DNA of 64,000 bases, taken from positions 15,500,001 to 15,564,000 of the forward strand of contig OZ038378.1 in NCBI GenBank assembly GCA_964036045.1, read 5' to 3'. Shown piece by piece: positions 26,515 to 39,870 of the stretch (its first letter is position 1; every line of letters begins with the position of its first letter). The notes below the pieces were generated by a model, which made no database searches, was not told the DNA's origin, and saw only the letters and a list, made by a program, of their open reading frames with translations. The DNA is from Eutreptiella sp. 'Long Island Sound 2002'. Taxonomy: Eukaryota > Protista > Euglenida. The position numbers and the translations under genes are program-made.

Positions 26515-27265
26515 AGCCATTGCCCATTGCCCCAGTGCGGCAGTGTACTCAAGGAGACCCACTACCCACTGCCCCCCGCAGTGCGGTGGTGTACTGAAGG
26601 ATACTGCCCACTGCCCTTGTGGTGCGGTGGTGTATTGAGGAGACTCACTGCCCGCCCCATACAGTGCTGCAGTGTATTGTAGGAGACCCGCTGCCCGCTG
26701 CCCTGTGCAACGCGGCAGCGTACTGAAGGATACCCACTGCCCACTACCCCCTGGAGTGTAGTGGTGTACTAAAACACATCTACTGCCTACAGCCCCTTGT
26801 AGTGCGGCGGTGTATTGAAGGAGACCCGCTGCCCACTACCCTGTGTACTGCGGCGGTGTACTGAAGAAAACTCACTGCCCACTGCCCTGTGTAGTGCGGC
26901 GGTGTATTGAAGGAGACCCGCTGCCGCTGCCTTCAGCAGTGCAGCAGTGTACTAGAGGAGACCCACTACCCACAGCCCCCTACAGTGCGGCACTCTACTG
27001 AAGGATACCCACGGCTGACTGCCCTGTATAGTGCGGCCGTGTACCAAAGGAAGCCTGCTGCCCACTGCCCCATGTAGTGCAGTGGTGTGCTGAAAGATAC
27101 CCACTGCCCAATACCCCGTGTAGTGAAAGAGTCCCCCTGCCCACTAGTGGTGAAATACAGAAAGAGACCCGCCCCCTTGCAGTGTAGTGGTGTATTAAAA
27201 GAGACCCACTACCACATCACCCGCGCAGTGTGGTGATGTACAGGAAGAGACCCACCGCCCCTGCC
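26515..27265. repeat. Degenerate 46-bp minisatellite (about 16 units), each unit with a foldable hairpin
   Basis: Period 46 measured at 26799, 26845 and 26891; consensus approx CCCACTGCCCACTGCCCTGTGTAGTGCGGCGGTGTACTGAAGGAGA. Confidence 0.92.
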
Positions 27266-29729
27266 CCGATGCATGCACCCTGATCGTTGCTTTTGGTGGG
27301 CAGTTGTTGCTGCCATAACCTACCCCATTCATGCCCATTTCTTTGCGGGAGGGCCAGCCATTTGCATCATCTTACCGCTTTGGTTTCTTTTCGAGCAGCA
27401 ATGGACCAAACAAGTCGCACGTGCCTTCGCATATGTACGCCAGGCAGTGCATCCCCCGTATGACGCAGTTTTTTCACGAAGCGCCTTCACGACTCGAAAC
27501 GCGGTGTGTGGTCGACGGCGACCTTGAGTGGGTGCTGCGAGCATGCAGCTGCCCAGTGTCGTTCCAGAGTGGGAGCTTGCCATCTATCTCGAGCTGGGGG
27601 ACCATTGTACCTGGCTGAGACCAACGTCTCACTGTCACTGAGATTGAAACTGAAGGGAAATGAGTTATTAGGGGTAGCTTATAACCAAGGTGGGAATCTA
27701 CGTTGGACTAAAGTATCGTATTGTCGGAGGACCTGCCACATAAACGTTGACACTCACATTCAGTGCATTAGGCAGCGGCAGCCAATGGTCACCCCAGCAA
27801 AGCTGATTCCAAGCAAGACTAATAATGGGAATCAAATGCTCCAGGAACATCTCTTGCACGGAGGCCGCGATGGATAAAAGCAGGGTTGCGCTGGGGCCTG
27901 GAGATTGCCTCACATCAGCTTCATCCTTCTCTCCTCTCCCTCTCCTTCTCCCCCTTCTCCCTTCCTCCCTTGGACCTGACCCGCCTTCCCATCACTTCGC
28001 CTCCAACCCATCTGTCAAATATCGTCCAAAGCAGCCCGAGTTCTGACATAAGAGTATTGCCAGCATGGCTGCAACCCAGAGACCTCACATGAGCATTGGT
28101 CCCAGGCCCATGGCGGTACTTGATAAGGGTCATCTGAAATCCGTCTGGATAACGGGGATCAGCGGCCAAACACGCCCCAGCGCCTTTACATTCTTTGGCG
28201 GCTGACAGGTGCCCTCTGCACCCCCTCGTCCACTCCTTGCATTCCCACATGCAGATTGCGAAGAGGCTTCTGCAACGCCCGCTGAAGACAAAAGGAGCAG
28301 GTTCCGCCGTGGATTGAGCGATGAATTCCCAATGCCGGGTTGGCACGACCCAGTGGTGCGTGCATGGCCGGCTGGGCTTTGGTGCATGAGGGATGGCCAC
28401 CGAGTTGAGATGTTTTCCGCGTCATTTCTGCCGAATCTTTGTTTGTGTTCTCTCTACTGTTGTTCTGTCACCTGGTTCTCATTCCGTCCTGCCCTCCCGT
28501 GCCGTGTTCCTACTGCCTCATGCTCCACGAGCATTCATTGTTGTCCAGAGACGGTCGGGCCACGCTTTGGATTTGTGCGCCTGCAGACAAGGGAGCGGGG
28601 AACTTCTGTGCGTCTTCTGTTTCGTCCGCATGCATTTGTTTCCATGCAAGGGAAGGGATCTGAGATTGTGCACGTGCATGTGCCTTTGGCACCAGCTAGA
28701 GCGGGCAGCTGAAAATGACCTGGGCACTCCAGAACGGGGGCTGGTTCTCCGAAACCGCCACCCACCACCCACCTCACGATACCACGCCACAGGCTACACC
28801 GAGGAGGCAAAATCCATCAAAATCGGAGTGAGGGATTGCATGAAATCACGACGGCCAGGCATGCTGAATTCAGACGCAAAAATGATGAGCAGTGCATTGT
28901 TGCACCACTACCAAAGCCACGTTTGCTGAAATTGGCTCCCGACAGACGAGCCCACCTACCCAGGGGGGGGGGGGTGGGGGGTTGAAAAGGGGGCTCATAC
29001 GACCCCGCCCCCCCTTGTAGCAATTTTCTCCCTCCCATGTTTGCCGCCACAGGTTGCTCCGACCCCCCTTTTGTGGCACAGGTTGTGTTTAAGGGCACAT
29101 TGGTACCCAGTTCTTTCCGGCTGTTCCCAGTGCTCCTATTGCCACATAATGAAAAACCAGGCTACTCAGAGTCTAGGCTTTCGTCTGAGGACCTGCGGGA
29201 ACCTTGTAAATATGAAAAAATAGATCAATTACCTGCGCTGACGGGCGTCCGAAAAAAGATACTTTTTTCCAATAATGCGAAACCACTGGAGGTCATGTTA
29301 ACCTGGCAAGGGTTCTGAGTGCATTTCTTTCGCTTGGCCCGCTTTTCAGGGGGATGGGCATGATGAGCAGCCTCAGGCGTCCCCAGTCATCAGTTCCACC
29401 CCCCCCCCCCCCACTTGTCACAATAGTGACGTCGAAGCCGACCAGAACACCACATCGGGTGCATTTCGACTACCAGCCCCTGGCATGTTGCACACCCAAT
29501 GCCACATGCCTACTATCCGCTCAACCATGGGCAGGGGGATTATGCCAGTCCATGACACTCAGTTGTTGCCCATAAATTTGGCAAAAAAAAACCCAGCAAT
29601 GCCACCCTCCCCAAAATGTGTCCCAAAATCACCTGAAAGAAGAGCCCCGTTTTGGTACTCCCCCCCCCCCCTGCCCAGGGTTCGGTCGGCCCGTCCCCCC
29701 TTGGAGCAGTTTTCCACCCACCCACGCAG

Positions 29730-29821
29730 GTAGGGATGAGGCTTTGATGCAGGAGGCAGACCTTGCTCTGACCGAGCTCAGATTTGGAATGGCGGAGCAC
29801 CCATTCAAAGCAATACCACAG
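29730..29821 (+). CDS. Isolated candidate exon (GRDEALMQEADLALTELRFGMAEHPFKAIPQ)
   Basis: CAG acceptor at 29728-29729, GTAAAT donor at 29822, helical protein-like translation; partner exons not confidently found. Confidence 0.3.
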
Positions 29822-30549
29822 GTAAATGGCAAAGAGCAGCAGCCCCAGAAAGACAAGCAATCGTCTACACCTGGAAAGACAGGGTGGTAGTCCTCTCGGC
29901 GGTTGCTGCCAACGCGGCACCACCTCTCAGGGGTCACTGTCCTCCGACTGCTTCACCCCCCGAAACCCTTTTCCAACTACCACCGACGGCTGGTGACCCT
30001 ACTTCGAGCAGAAACCTCGTCCCTGCGGACGGTTGGAAATCCAAAGTGTTCGGTCACATACATCAAGTGCCCTCGTTTGGGATAAAGTCTCTATTCGAAT
30101 TTCGATCAAATCAATTACTGTGCAACAAGCTGCTTCCCCGTAGATGTTTTCGCTCCCTCTATCTCCCCCTCAGATGTTTTCGCTCACGATCACGACCATG
30201 ATTTTCGCGAGGGCACATGCACCTTCCACAAAAGGTAGCCTTACAACCATGCATTCACTAATACTAGTCCCTGCTTCGGCACCCCGGCACATGCAAAGCG
30301 TACTTGTGGTGACTTGCTCCGTCGCCAGACGTGTCATACAAGAGCCGCATCCCTGCATATGTTGCATACCGTGCGACGTTGGGGTAGAGCAAGAGAAGCA
30401 CACGCAAAGGGAAGGAAGCAGCAAAATGGGCGTGCGTGGGACACGGAAAATGCGGTTTGCGTTTCAGGGTTAAAAAGGAAAAACTACGTTGTTTTCGGTC
30501 ACTGCCACCGGCCAGCCGATGAAAGTTGGATGTGGTTTATAGCGCTCAA

Positions 30550-31050
30550 GCACGCGGCATACCTCGCACTGGGGAGAATAGAGGCAAATGTCCCGGATCC
30601 TTGTGGACGCCGTATTGCGCAAGTTCCACGTCTTGCGCCACCATGTGTACCGTCGCAATGCAAAGCCCGGCATGCGCAAAGCTCAGTGGACAACCCAGCC
30701 CTGCAATCCAAGGTAGGCCCTTGCTGAGGCTCTCAACAGGCGCCACGCCCTGCAACAGAAGGGCGCCACCCGTCAAGCATAGGATGTCCCCACACAACCA
30801 AAGGATAGCATGTTGGGCTTGAGCATAGCTTGCTGGATGTCCAGGATGGCAACGTGTGGTACCGAGGGTGAGGGTTAGCAAAAGCCAGGCGTTGCCACAG
30901 AACATCGTCCAAGGTCCAAGGGCGGCTAGACCAACGTCCCGCAAAAGGGCGTGTGAGTGCAACATTGGTTGCAGGCACGTGAACATCCATAGGAGGGCGA
31001 AGATGGCATAAACGTACCCCTTACCATTGAGGAACAACGTCGGAGCCACG
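30550..31050 (-). mobile_element. Penelope-like element remnant: GIY-YIG endonuclease fragment
   Basis: GKGYVYAIF at about 31000-31027, followed after a frameshift by DVHVPATNVALTRPFAGRW, a decayed (V/I)Y...YVG.T...R...H pattern. Confidence 0.4.
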
Positions 31051-31399
31051 GTTGGCGCCTGAGAGGCGCCAGCGCGGCACTGGTCGTTGGCACCCACAAC
31101 TACAAAGGGACCAGTAAATGGTGGAAGGTTGCGCGCCACTACCACCGTACAGCACTCAACTCATGACTCATGAATCGGGGGTGCATCCTCAACCAAAAAC
31201 AGTGGCCCGAAAAAGGCTTGGGGGACCACAACGTGGTTTGCAGATCCTCGTTTATTCTATTAAAAATAGAAAAAATCAAAAATTTAACGGGAAAGCATTG
31301 GCTGACAGGGAAGAGCAATTGTGCAGGTACAAACGAGCGCAACAGAAGAACAGGCTGAAAGAAGAGTAGCATCAATGTGTCGCGGTTGTGTGCGTAATT

Positions 31400-32340
31400 T
31401 TCGTTCTTTTTGAAACTTATGATTTGTTGGGAAAACCACCTTGGGCCCTACCACTACTACCCTGCATCCACCCTTTCATCAAGGACATCACTTGTTGCAA
31501 CTTCACAACTGGAATGGCCAAAAACAAGGATGCCACGCAATTCTCGCATAGGGCAATTTCAAGTCGTTGATGCGAACGAGAATTTTGTTGCGAAGTTGGA
31601 AAAACCGCACTACCAAGCTACTCAGCTAAACAAGCTTTGTGCATGAAATTTGCACCATTGGCAAGCCACAGACAAGGCCAAACAGCAAAACCAGGGCTGT
31701 GAGGATCATCTCGGCCATATGTTGGAGGTATTCTGCTGGGATGTGCTCAAAATGTCTTACCCTTGTGATGCATGGTGTGCCCTTGTAGAGGGCCCCCCAT
31801 GGTGCGAACCACCATGCTGGCACCCATGGGGGCAACGAATTTTCATAAAACAAGCATTGCACAGAGAAAAGCAACCACAATAAAGCAGACAAAGGCAGAA
31901 CAAAAGCACATAAAGCAAGGCAAACGTCAGTCGAACACACGGCCTTCACTCGGCCGCTTCGAGTCGCCTCATATTTTCGGCTGCCACCATCAGTGCACAA
32001 TTGTTGCGCATGTGTCTGTACAACATGCAGGCCTGTCGAGCTGCATGCTTGTCATTGCAGTGCTTGAACTACCTGTCTAGCTATTCCAAAAGCAATGTCC
32101 GGACTCCATTGTCTGCTTATCCCCCAGACCCAACAGTTGCGAGCTTCAAGGTAACTGTTGCGACCGTTGAGATCATTCCTATTGACGATACTTTTCAAGT
32201 GGCACTGAAAAATCCGACTTTCGCCGTTCGATTTGACTTAATGTCCAGGGTGTGGGCCAAAACCATGGCGCGTGGTTGGGGCCGAGTGCAACGCGCCGCA
32301 TGCACCCAGTCAACAGCCGAACAGTCATTGGGCTCAGGGT
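31400..32340 (+). mobile_element. Penelope-like reverse transcriptase remnant
   Basis: Ordered, frameshifted motifs GMAKNKDA...RAISS (about 31510), WDVLKMSYP (about 31740) and ISAQLLRMCL (about 32000), the last resembling LSAQLMCLW of the 39-kb copy. Confidence 0.5.
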
Positions 32341-32429
32341 GAGAGTAACTCCACGCTTTCTTTTCACCCCCCCCCAGGATTCTCAGGGATCCCGATTGCT
32401 TTTGAAGGTGTTCCTACATTTTTAAGGGA

Positions 32430-33700
32430 GTTTCTTGGTTGGTGAAAACGCTGTGCTACAAGACATGCTTGCTGTACCACTATGCAAGACGTCGTGCCAT
32501 GGGTTCCGCCGCAAGTGGCAACAGTTGTTGTGCAAGCCTTGGTTGTTCGTGGTAGCTATTGGTGGTAGTGTGTTGCCATTGGTAGCTACATCCGTTACAC
32601 ATCCATCTGTTATACCCAAGTCATCTTTTGTACCGTTGGTCCATGCCACACTCCGTTGGGATGGGGGGTGCCATAAAGGCGGCACCACACGTCTGGTGTC
32701 AAATAAGGCATCTTCATAAGGAGAACATTGCTAGTTTTAATGCATGCCAATTTGGAAGCGCCTTCACGACGCATTTTGTAAGGTGGAATGCCTCCAAAGA
32801 GACAGCAACCTTGCTGATGATCCCCGATGTTTAAACACCCCCGACGGATTTCAGTAATGTTAGTGTTTCGCACAACAAGCACATACACCAGTACATGCAC
32901 GACCATCAATACAAGCGATGTCAATATGATTGTGTTATTAGTACAAGCACAAGCAGAAGCACAGACACAGGACAAGAAAAAGAAAATGGTGGGATTGTGG
33001 CGCCAAGGGATTGGTGCATTGCGACGGTATGGAATGCACAACACCACAAAAAGCACGGGCACCACACCGCTCAATGACACGTCGCATGGACGACGAACAA
33101 GCACTGTGTGGGGATCCGTGTACGTCAATATCGGCAAATGTGTCACCACATGGCAAGAGGGCCACTAACATGTTGCGAGTTGCAACGAAAGCTGCAATTT
33201 CGATTTCGATAAGGCACGCAACTTCATGCATCGTTCGATGATCATCTGAGGAGTTCTTCACGTGTTGTGCTTGCCCATGCAGTTTGTGCTTGCTTTCTGT
33301 GCTCAGCGAGATTGTTTGGGATTCACCATCTCATGTGCATTTTGACACCAACTGAGGCCACACAATGGGATCAATAGGCAAGACAACCGTAGCTACGAAA
33401 AAGACGAAATACCTCGTGTCTACCTTGGCACAAGCACAAGTTGGATATAGGTATTCAAACCCTCCAAGTTTCTGCAGAGGAACCTGGTACTGGCTCGAAA
33501 ATGTGCAATGGAACATTCGCTACCTTCTCGCCTCAAAGTCGTTGCTTGGATGGGCAAGGACGAATAGAAGTCGAGAACCCGGCGCCACGTGGACGGCGAG
33601 TGTTCATGGCTTGCCGAAAGCTTGAAGTACGGCTGGGAGATGTGGAAAGTGTGAAGCTTTGGCTTGTGTACCCTTGTGCGGTTTGTATGGTCCAAAGAGC
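32430..33700 (+). mobile_element. Penelope-like element remnant (EN tail, CxC linker, RT N-terminus)
   Basis: AVCAC...HHL at 33282-33293 mirrors VCGC...QHT at 35525; LWLVYPCAVC near 33660 resembles the post-DK motif; heavily decayed. Confidence 0.35.
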
Positions 33701-34864
33701 AATTTTAACCAAAGAGCAATTTTAACCGAAGAGAAGAACATGGAATAAAAGGGTCATGACCTTACCTCTGTGCCATGGCTAGGGTTGAAATTTTGTTGAT
33801 TGGAAGCACTGTCGTGTGTAGCATACTGTTCACTTGTTACGATTGTACTGCATTTGTTCGGTTTTTGAATTTCTGACCAATTTAGTGCATTTTCTTTATT
33901 AGTACTTCTGCTTGGTTAGACTTTGAACATTTTTTTTCTTGTGTAACGTTCGGCGGTGTGCCATTGGGGCCCAATTCCATGGACAACCCGTCGCTTCTTG
34001 CAAGTTTTGTAGAGGAGGGGGTCCAGGCTAGAATGCACTATCATGTACGAGTGCCGCCATGTACGAGGTCGTCAGATGCTTCCATCCCAACTCCATGCCG
34101 TTGATTGAGCACAGCCCTTGCACAGCCCTCATTCGGACCGGCTCGCACAGGTGCGAACGCCGGCCCTCACTCGGACGGTGCAAGTTTATTTTGTCTTTTG
34201 TCTTTTGTTTTTTAAGTGGAGTGGTCGGGTGAAGCTATGGTACCCGGCGCCTTGGGTTGGTAACACCAATGTGCCACACTCTGCTGAGCGTAAGGGGGAG
34301 CTTGCTTGTGTTTCGCGATTCCTGACATATGTTATGGCCTTGTCCCGCATGGGTGACCATGGGAGGACCCATAAAGGGCAGGCGAATGAGATATGTGCCC
34401 GTGGGGTGCGGATTTTTTGCCGCTGCATGCGACCCCCAAAGTCGTGATGTTAGCGGGTTGGGCTTTGTCACGGTGGCATCACGAACGGGCTCCCAACCTC
34501 TCGCTATACTCTTGGTTGAAAGTAGAGTGCACATAGTGCCGTAAACTAAATTGAGGATGCACAAAAATGCTTTTGTTGTGCATTGTATACCCTGAGGGGA
34601 GAAAATGAAGCCTCGTTCCTGAATAGTGGGTCATCCCGTTGTGCGTTGTCGTTGCTCATGGTGAGAAATGGAAGCTGAATTTGAGGTGACCCCATGGTTA
34701 ACATGCTCAAGGATGGCGAGTTGAATGGTCAAGGATGCAAGAATACGGCTTCTAAGATCGTTGGCGAAGGCCTTTGAGGACATGAACACCATCATGTTCT
34801 GCCAGACCGGAGCACGTGATGGTATCCCAGCCGTGATGGAGTGCTGTTACGATGAAATTAAAGG

Positions 34865-37280
34865 ATGTCCAGCATTGGCATAGCATGTACGGCCGTAAGG
34901 GCGCCCGCATACATATGCACACTATACCATACAGGCGTGGAGAGTTGGCTGATGATACCCATTTGCCAAATACGCCCCTCCACGGCTGACATAATTGAAC
35001 AGTCCAAGATCATAAACACAAAAGGATCTACAGCACACAAACACATGCGACACCTAATGCGTTCACGCTGATACAAACACTTGACAAGCACAGCCCTGCA
35101 GAATCATAGGTTGTGGTCCAACATGGTACACGCCAAGCGCATCCCACTACACCCAATGGACTGCCCCACGATTCTCAGCTCTGCCCACAAAGTTATGGCA
35201 CCGCAGCACTTTGTCATGCTACGGCATAGGTTGCTGGAATACGTGCAACATTCCACCGCTCCCAACCTGCCCACATCGTTGCCACTACGTATCCCGTATT
35301 GTATTGCACACATGCGCAGACACCATTGCGTTGCACGCATACAACGTGCGTGGCACCAACCCCTGGCGTCCATGCCATACCCCAAACCAGTGAAGAAATA
35401 CCTAGGCAACACACTGACGGTGGTGGCGACTAAGCCCGGCAAAGCTCAGGACGCATGGTGCCAAGACAAGGTGTTGCATTCCATGCGACAGGTACGTACC
35501 ATTGTACTAGATCCAGAAGCTGTGTGTGGATGTGGGACGGACACATACACACATGCACCGTGTCAACACACATCTATATACGATGCATCTGACCGTGTAC
35601 AGTTCTTTGGAGGAAAATGTAGCCCACCACATGTCACTACGGCAGGTGGGTGCACTACATGAACAGGTGGTGACTGCTGAGCTCAACACCATCCATGAAT
35701 CGGTGCCCAAAAAACGACCATTTCACTTCACGCCATTTTCACAGGCGGTACATAGAATGGTGGACCTGAGCATACCACGCGCACCATCCCACCACGACAC
35801 ACCGGTGCACGAGGCGTGCACGGTGCACAATGCACGCGTGTACATTTCCTGTTTCTGCAGCTTGGATATCCTCTGACGAGTCTTTGGTGCTTTGCCTGTG
35901 ATTGTGCCGTGGTGCCCACCACGACCAACCTGTGTGGATTTCAAGCGTTCACTCCCTTTGCTTTGGCTTGCATGTGTGTCATATGCTGCTAGGGATGGGG
36001 CACACACACACCATGCGCCGCTGATATGGCACTGACGATTTTCGTCCTGAAATTTCCCCCCGCTAACCAGCGATTATGGAAGAATATTTGCATATGGTGC
36101 CTTTCGTCATGTGGTAGGCAGGGCTAATCATTTGTCTGCCAAGCTAGGTGCTCCAATTGGCATGGAGCTCCCTCTCCAAGTGCTTTTGAGGACGCGTCTT
36201 ATGTGCGATTATGATGTTGATTCGCGGTGCATATACAGCTTTAGAAGCAAACACAGGAACTGGAGACCTGTCCCATTGGACAAAAATACATCCTGCTATA
36301 CAATGCTATGCCGGCGTTTTGCTCTTGCATTGTTTACACACACGAGTTGTCGTTTGGTGCTGCAATCCATGGTCCCAGCGTTGGTGATGAAGTCTCTGGT
36401 CTTTGCCATGTGTAGGGCGAACCAATCGCTTACCACTGAGGGCATTGTCACAGGTTTTTGCTATACAGGCTACAACTGGTCGTGGTGGTTTATGCCCCTT
36501 AAGCGCAGACTGCAAGGTCTGGGCCTGAGCGAGTTGTGCCTATATCCCGTGTTTGCAGACTTGGGCGGCCAATAGAGAGGCCGTTGCTTTGAATGGAGGG
36601 GTGGTGGATGCACACACACACAGCCTTCTTTGAATGATTTTGCCATTTGTAGTTAAAAGTTTGATGCGAAAACTGCTGTATGAATTGACTCTCGGTTTAT
36701 CAGGTTATGTCCTTTTGACACTGTTGAGCTCTGGCTTGTGGCCTTTGGCATTGCGTTGAACGCACAACACCCATATGGCATGCCATGCCGACGAGCATGG
36801 AAGATACCAGAGATACGTGTCCGTGCCAAAAATAAATCCATGCCCTGATTGCTCGAAAACACACAAACAAGGGAGATTGTCACTCAGGTGGGGCACATGT
36901 TCACCGCTACGCTAAAACGTTGTGGTCGCATCCAGAATGTGGTGATCAACAAATATATGAACTGTTTTCGTACATTGGAGATCACCGACCAAAAACACAT
37001 CAATGGATTCCTGAAATTGGCCCAAACACGATATGCAGCAAAAAAAATCACGCCAATGGCGTGTGAGTTTGATGTCGAACGCATGTATCCAAATATTGCG
37101 AGGGAAAGGGTGTTGCCGGCATACCGCGTTTTCGATGTGCGTCTCAAGAAAATGGAAACCACTACGAGATTGGATCACGAAACATATATGTGTCCATTGC
37201 GCAAAGGGACGCAAATTAGATGCCATGGGGCCATGGGGGGAACGGCACTACGATGTATTCTACATGAGTGCGTTTCTTGA
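34865..37280 (+). mobile_element. Penelope-like retroelement with N-terminal EN, CxC linker and RT (Chlamys/Naiad-type order), decayed and truncated after RT motif A
   Basis: In order: EN-tail-like LYHTGVESWLMIPI (about 34920), VCGC (35525-35533), PVPLDKNTSCYTMLC (36279), IPEIRVRAKNK...TREIVT (about 36800-36880) and FDVERMYPNI (37068-37097); multiple frameshifts. Confidence 0.7.
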
Positions 37281-37318
37281 ACCTCTTACACCTGATGGCA
37301 TCCCACTTCTTGTAACGC

Positions 37319-38420
37319 TTGGACGAATTCTGGACCGAATGGGATAAAAGAGCCGAGGAACGCCGGATCCTGCTTGAGAAGCGAAGGGTTGACTGGGCTG
37401 CCGTTGATCACACCCTGGTGAAACACAATACCATGCCCCAAGATAGCCCTTGCCCACCGCTGGCACGCATAGCCCGCGTATGCAAGCTCCCCCTGGGTAG
37501 ATTGCTGCGCATTGTTGGTATCCTTGTATACGCTGTGATTGGCCGCTTCCGACCATACATTGGACAACCTGGAGGGAAGACCAGGCGGCCACGCACGCCC
37601 ATCCGCCGGCTGGCCGAGCACGCTAGGCACGCGATAAACCTGCGGCGACATTTCGTTGGACAAAGACGGCGGAACCTCCGTTCCCGGGGGCGAGTCATCA
37701 ACCCCCCTTCCTTACCCCGCACGCTCGCACGCATCGGCGCACACAAGGCATCCATCCTGCCGCTCCAGCCAGCCAATGTACATAACATTGACGCTATGGA
37801 GTGTTTTACCGAAAAAAGCTCTGGCACCTACCCTGAATGGCATCGCCCAACACGGGGGTACACGCCACCTTGAGTGGCTCTTCGGAGAGACCTCAACATT
37901 TGCAGCGAAGCCCATCCGACAATTGTTCGCTGAATTTCCTGAACCACAAAAGTACTACCTACACCCCTACACACCTGCTTGAACTACTTTGCTCTCCACG
38001 CCATGCGGTCAAACCCAAGGAATATGATTAACTGTCCAGCAAACGTCACGACATCCTGCAAGCCCGATGGAAAATTGATATCCCACGATGTGTCCCCATC
38101 CAAATTCCAGGGTACAACATGCAGGTGGTGCAGGCACTACGCACACACATATTGCGACGCATGCACAAGTCCGCCCTACCACGGCCGCTACAAAAATGGT
38201 TAAAACAGTCGATCACAGTGCTGCCCACAAAGATGATGCCGGTACATCGCGGCATCACGGGAGCACGGGACATGACGGTGCGAAGCACTATACGGTCAGC
38301 CCTCTTACACGCGCGCAATTTACGGCCGGTCCAGCCCATCCACCATGTGCGGGGCAGCCAGAAAAGTTTTGAAAGAAAGGTTACGGAGCCACTGCACGTC
38401 CCTGCCCTGCAACTGTGATC
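37319..38420 (+). mobile_element. Second tandem Penelope-like copy: GIY-YIG endonuclease plus linker
   Basis: LVYAVIGRFRPYIGQPGGKTRRPRTPIRRLAEH (37523-37622), then SILPLQ...E...TLNGI; downstream KWLKQSITVLPTK parallels KYLGNTLTVVATK of the upstream copy. Confidence 0.7.
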
Positions 38421-38869
38421 AGCTGCGCACCGAACATCCGCTGCTTTTCGAAGGTGCCCAGAGGCATGTGATCTTACGAACGGCAGCACACTGACGGCTC
38501 CTGTTCAACCCAGAGGAGGTGCAGGGTGCAATGTGTGCAGGTGCTTGTTTGACGGGTGAACGAATGAGCCGCGGAAGTGCGCATAACAAAGCAAAAACAC
38601 AATCAGCAAGTGCATCAGGAAGTGCAATCAAGAAGTGGTTTCTGATCCGGAAGTATGGTCGGTATCCCCATTTTGCAACACCTTTATGATCCGCAAGGTA
38701 GTAAGGAAGTGGTCAGCATGTAGTCAGTATGTGGTCATGAACCCGAGACCAACTTTTGCTACATGGTGATTCGGAGGAAACCCAGACGCAGCCGTCCACT
38801 GTTTTTGCTGTCCAGGTGGCCTATGATGCTTGTTTTGTTATTTCAAGTGGGGGAAGGGGGGGGGTAGAC

Positions 38870-39870
38870 TCAACAAGACTCAACAATTTTTTTGGGGTCC
38901 TGCGACCCCCTTCCCGAGGACACCACATGGCCATCGCTCAGCGATCGCAGCTGTGAGGCTTGGCTTGGTGGGCGACTCACAGAAGCTATTCTCTTGGATT
39001 AAACCCCACAAGCACATTAGCTGTGCGCTGAGGTACCCGCCAATGGGTTCCCCCTTTTGTGCCTGCCGTAGACGACTTCACCAAATGAGAAGACACGGTA
39101 AGTACGCGACGTGGAGTCGCCCACAAGGTCCAGCGCGCGTTGGTTGGCTTTGGCTGTGGAAAAACTAAGCCCTCTGCGCGTTTTTCTGTGCTGCGCACCA
39201 GGCAGCGGGCCGCTTGTTTAATCGCATTGATAACTGATTTTTTGTTTAATTCCCAATAGGCATTATCAATATCCCTTTCCCAAAAATGCACCCGTTCCGG
39301 CGGGTTGTTATGCCGGTGCATCCACACATCGCGCACACCGTGCATAGTCGGGGTACCCCAGTAGGGAATGTTGTGTGTAGCTCTTTAAGCAAGAGGGTCA
39401 AGCATCGTCCCATGGCCTTGGACAAGTGCCGCATGATTCGAAAGTTTGGGTCACATACCATTAATTCCGCCATGGCACCTTGAAATTGCACACTGCACGT
39501 GGCCTGCAGCTTGCAGGGTTGATTGTCCCACACTGGAGCCTGCAGGTGCAGGCTGGGCAATGTCTCATTGATTGACTCAAACACGCTTGGGTTCATGAAA
39601 GGGTATTGCCGCACGTGCTGTGCGTTGCGTGCATGCAGTGTGCGTCGGATGGCCTCCGTGGGCAGTACAAATCTGTGTCCCCTTGCATGAATGTAGCGCA
39701 TGCCGCGTGTGTGAATTCGTCGTCAGGGAGTGAGGCGGTTCTGGCATTTTGTGTTGCGCACTATCCAAACATTCCTCCCATTTGCACGCAAGTACACGCA
39801 AACAACACTGCAATTGGTACAATTGAACTCTCAAAGCTCTCCATCTTATGTCTGTTCCGCCCACCATCAG
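38870..39870 (-). mobile_element. Inverted Penelope-like reverse transcriptase remnant
   Basis: Minus-strand RIMRHLSKAMGRCLTLLL, ERDIDNAYWEL (about 39250-39282) and QKGEPIGGYLSAQLMCLW (about 39005-39060) in RT order. Confidence 0.65.

Noticed and set aside
26515-27265. Hammerhead ribozyme or CRISPR interpretation of the 46-bp array
   Set aside because: CTGAAG(G/A)A occurs but lacks a consistent GAAA/NUH core; there are no unique spacers and no cas genes, and the DNA is eukaryotic.
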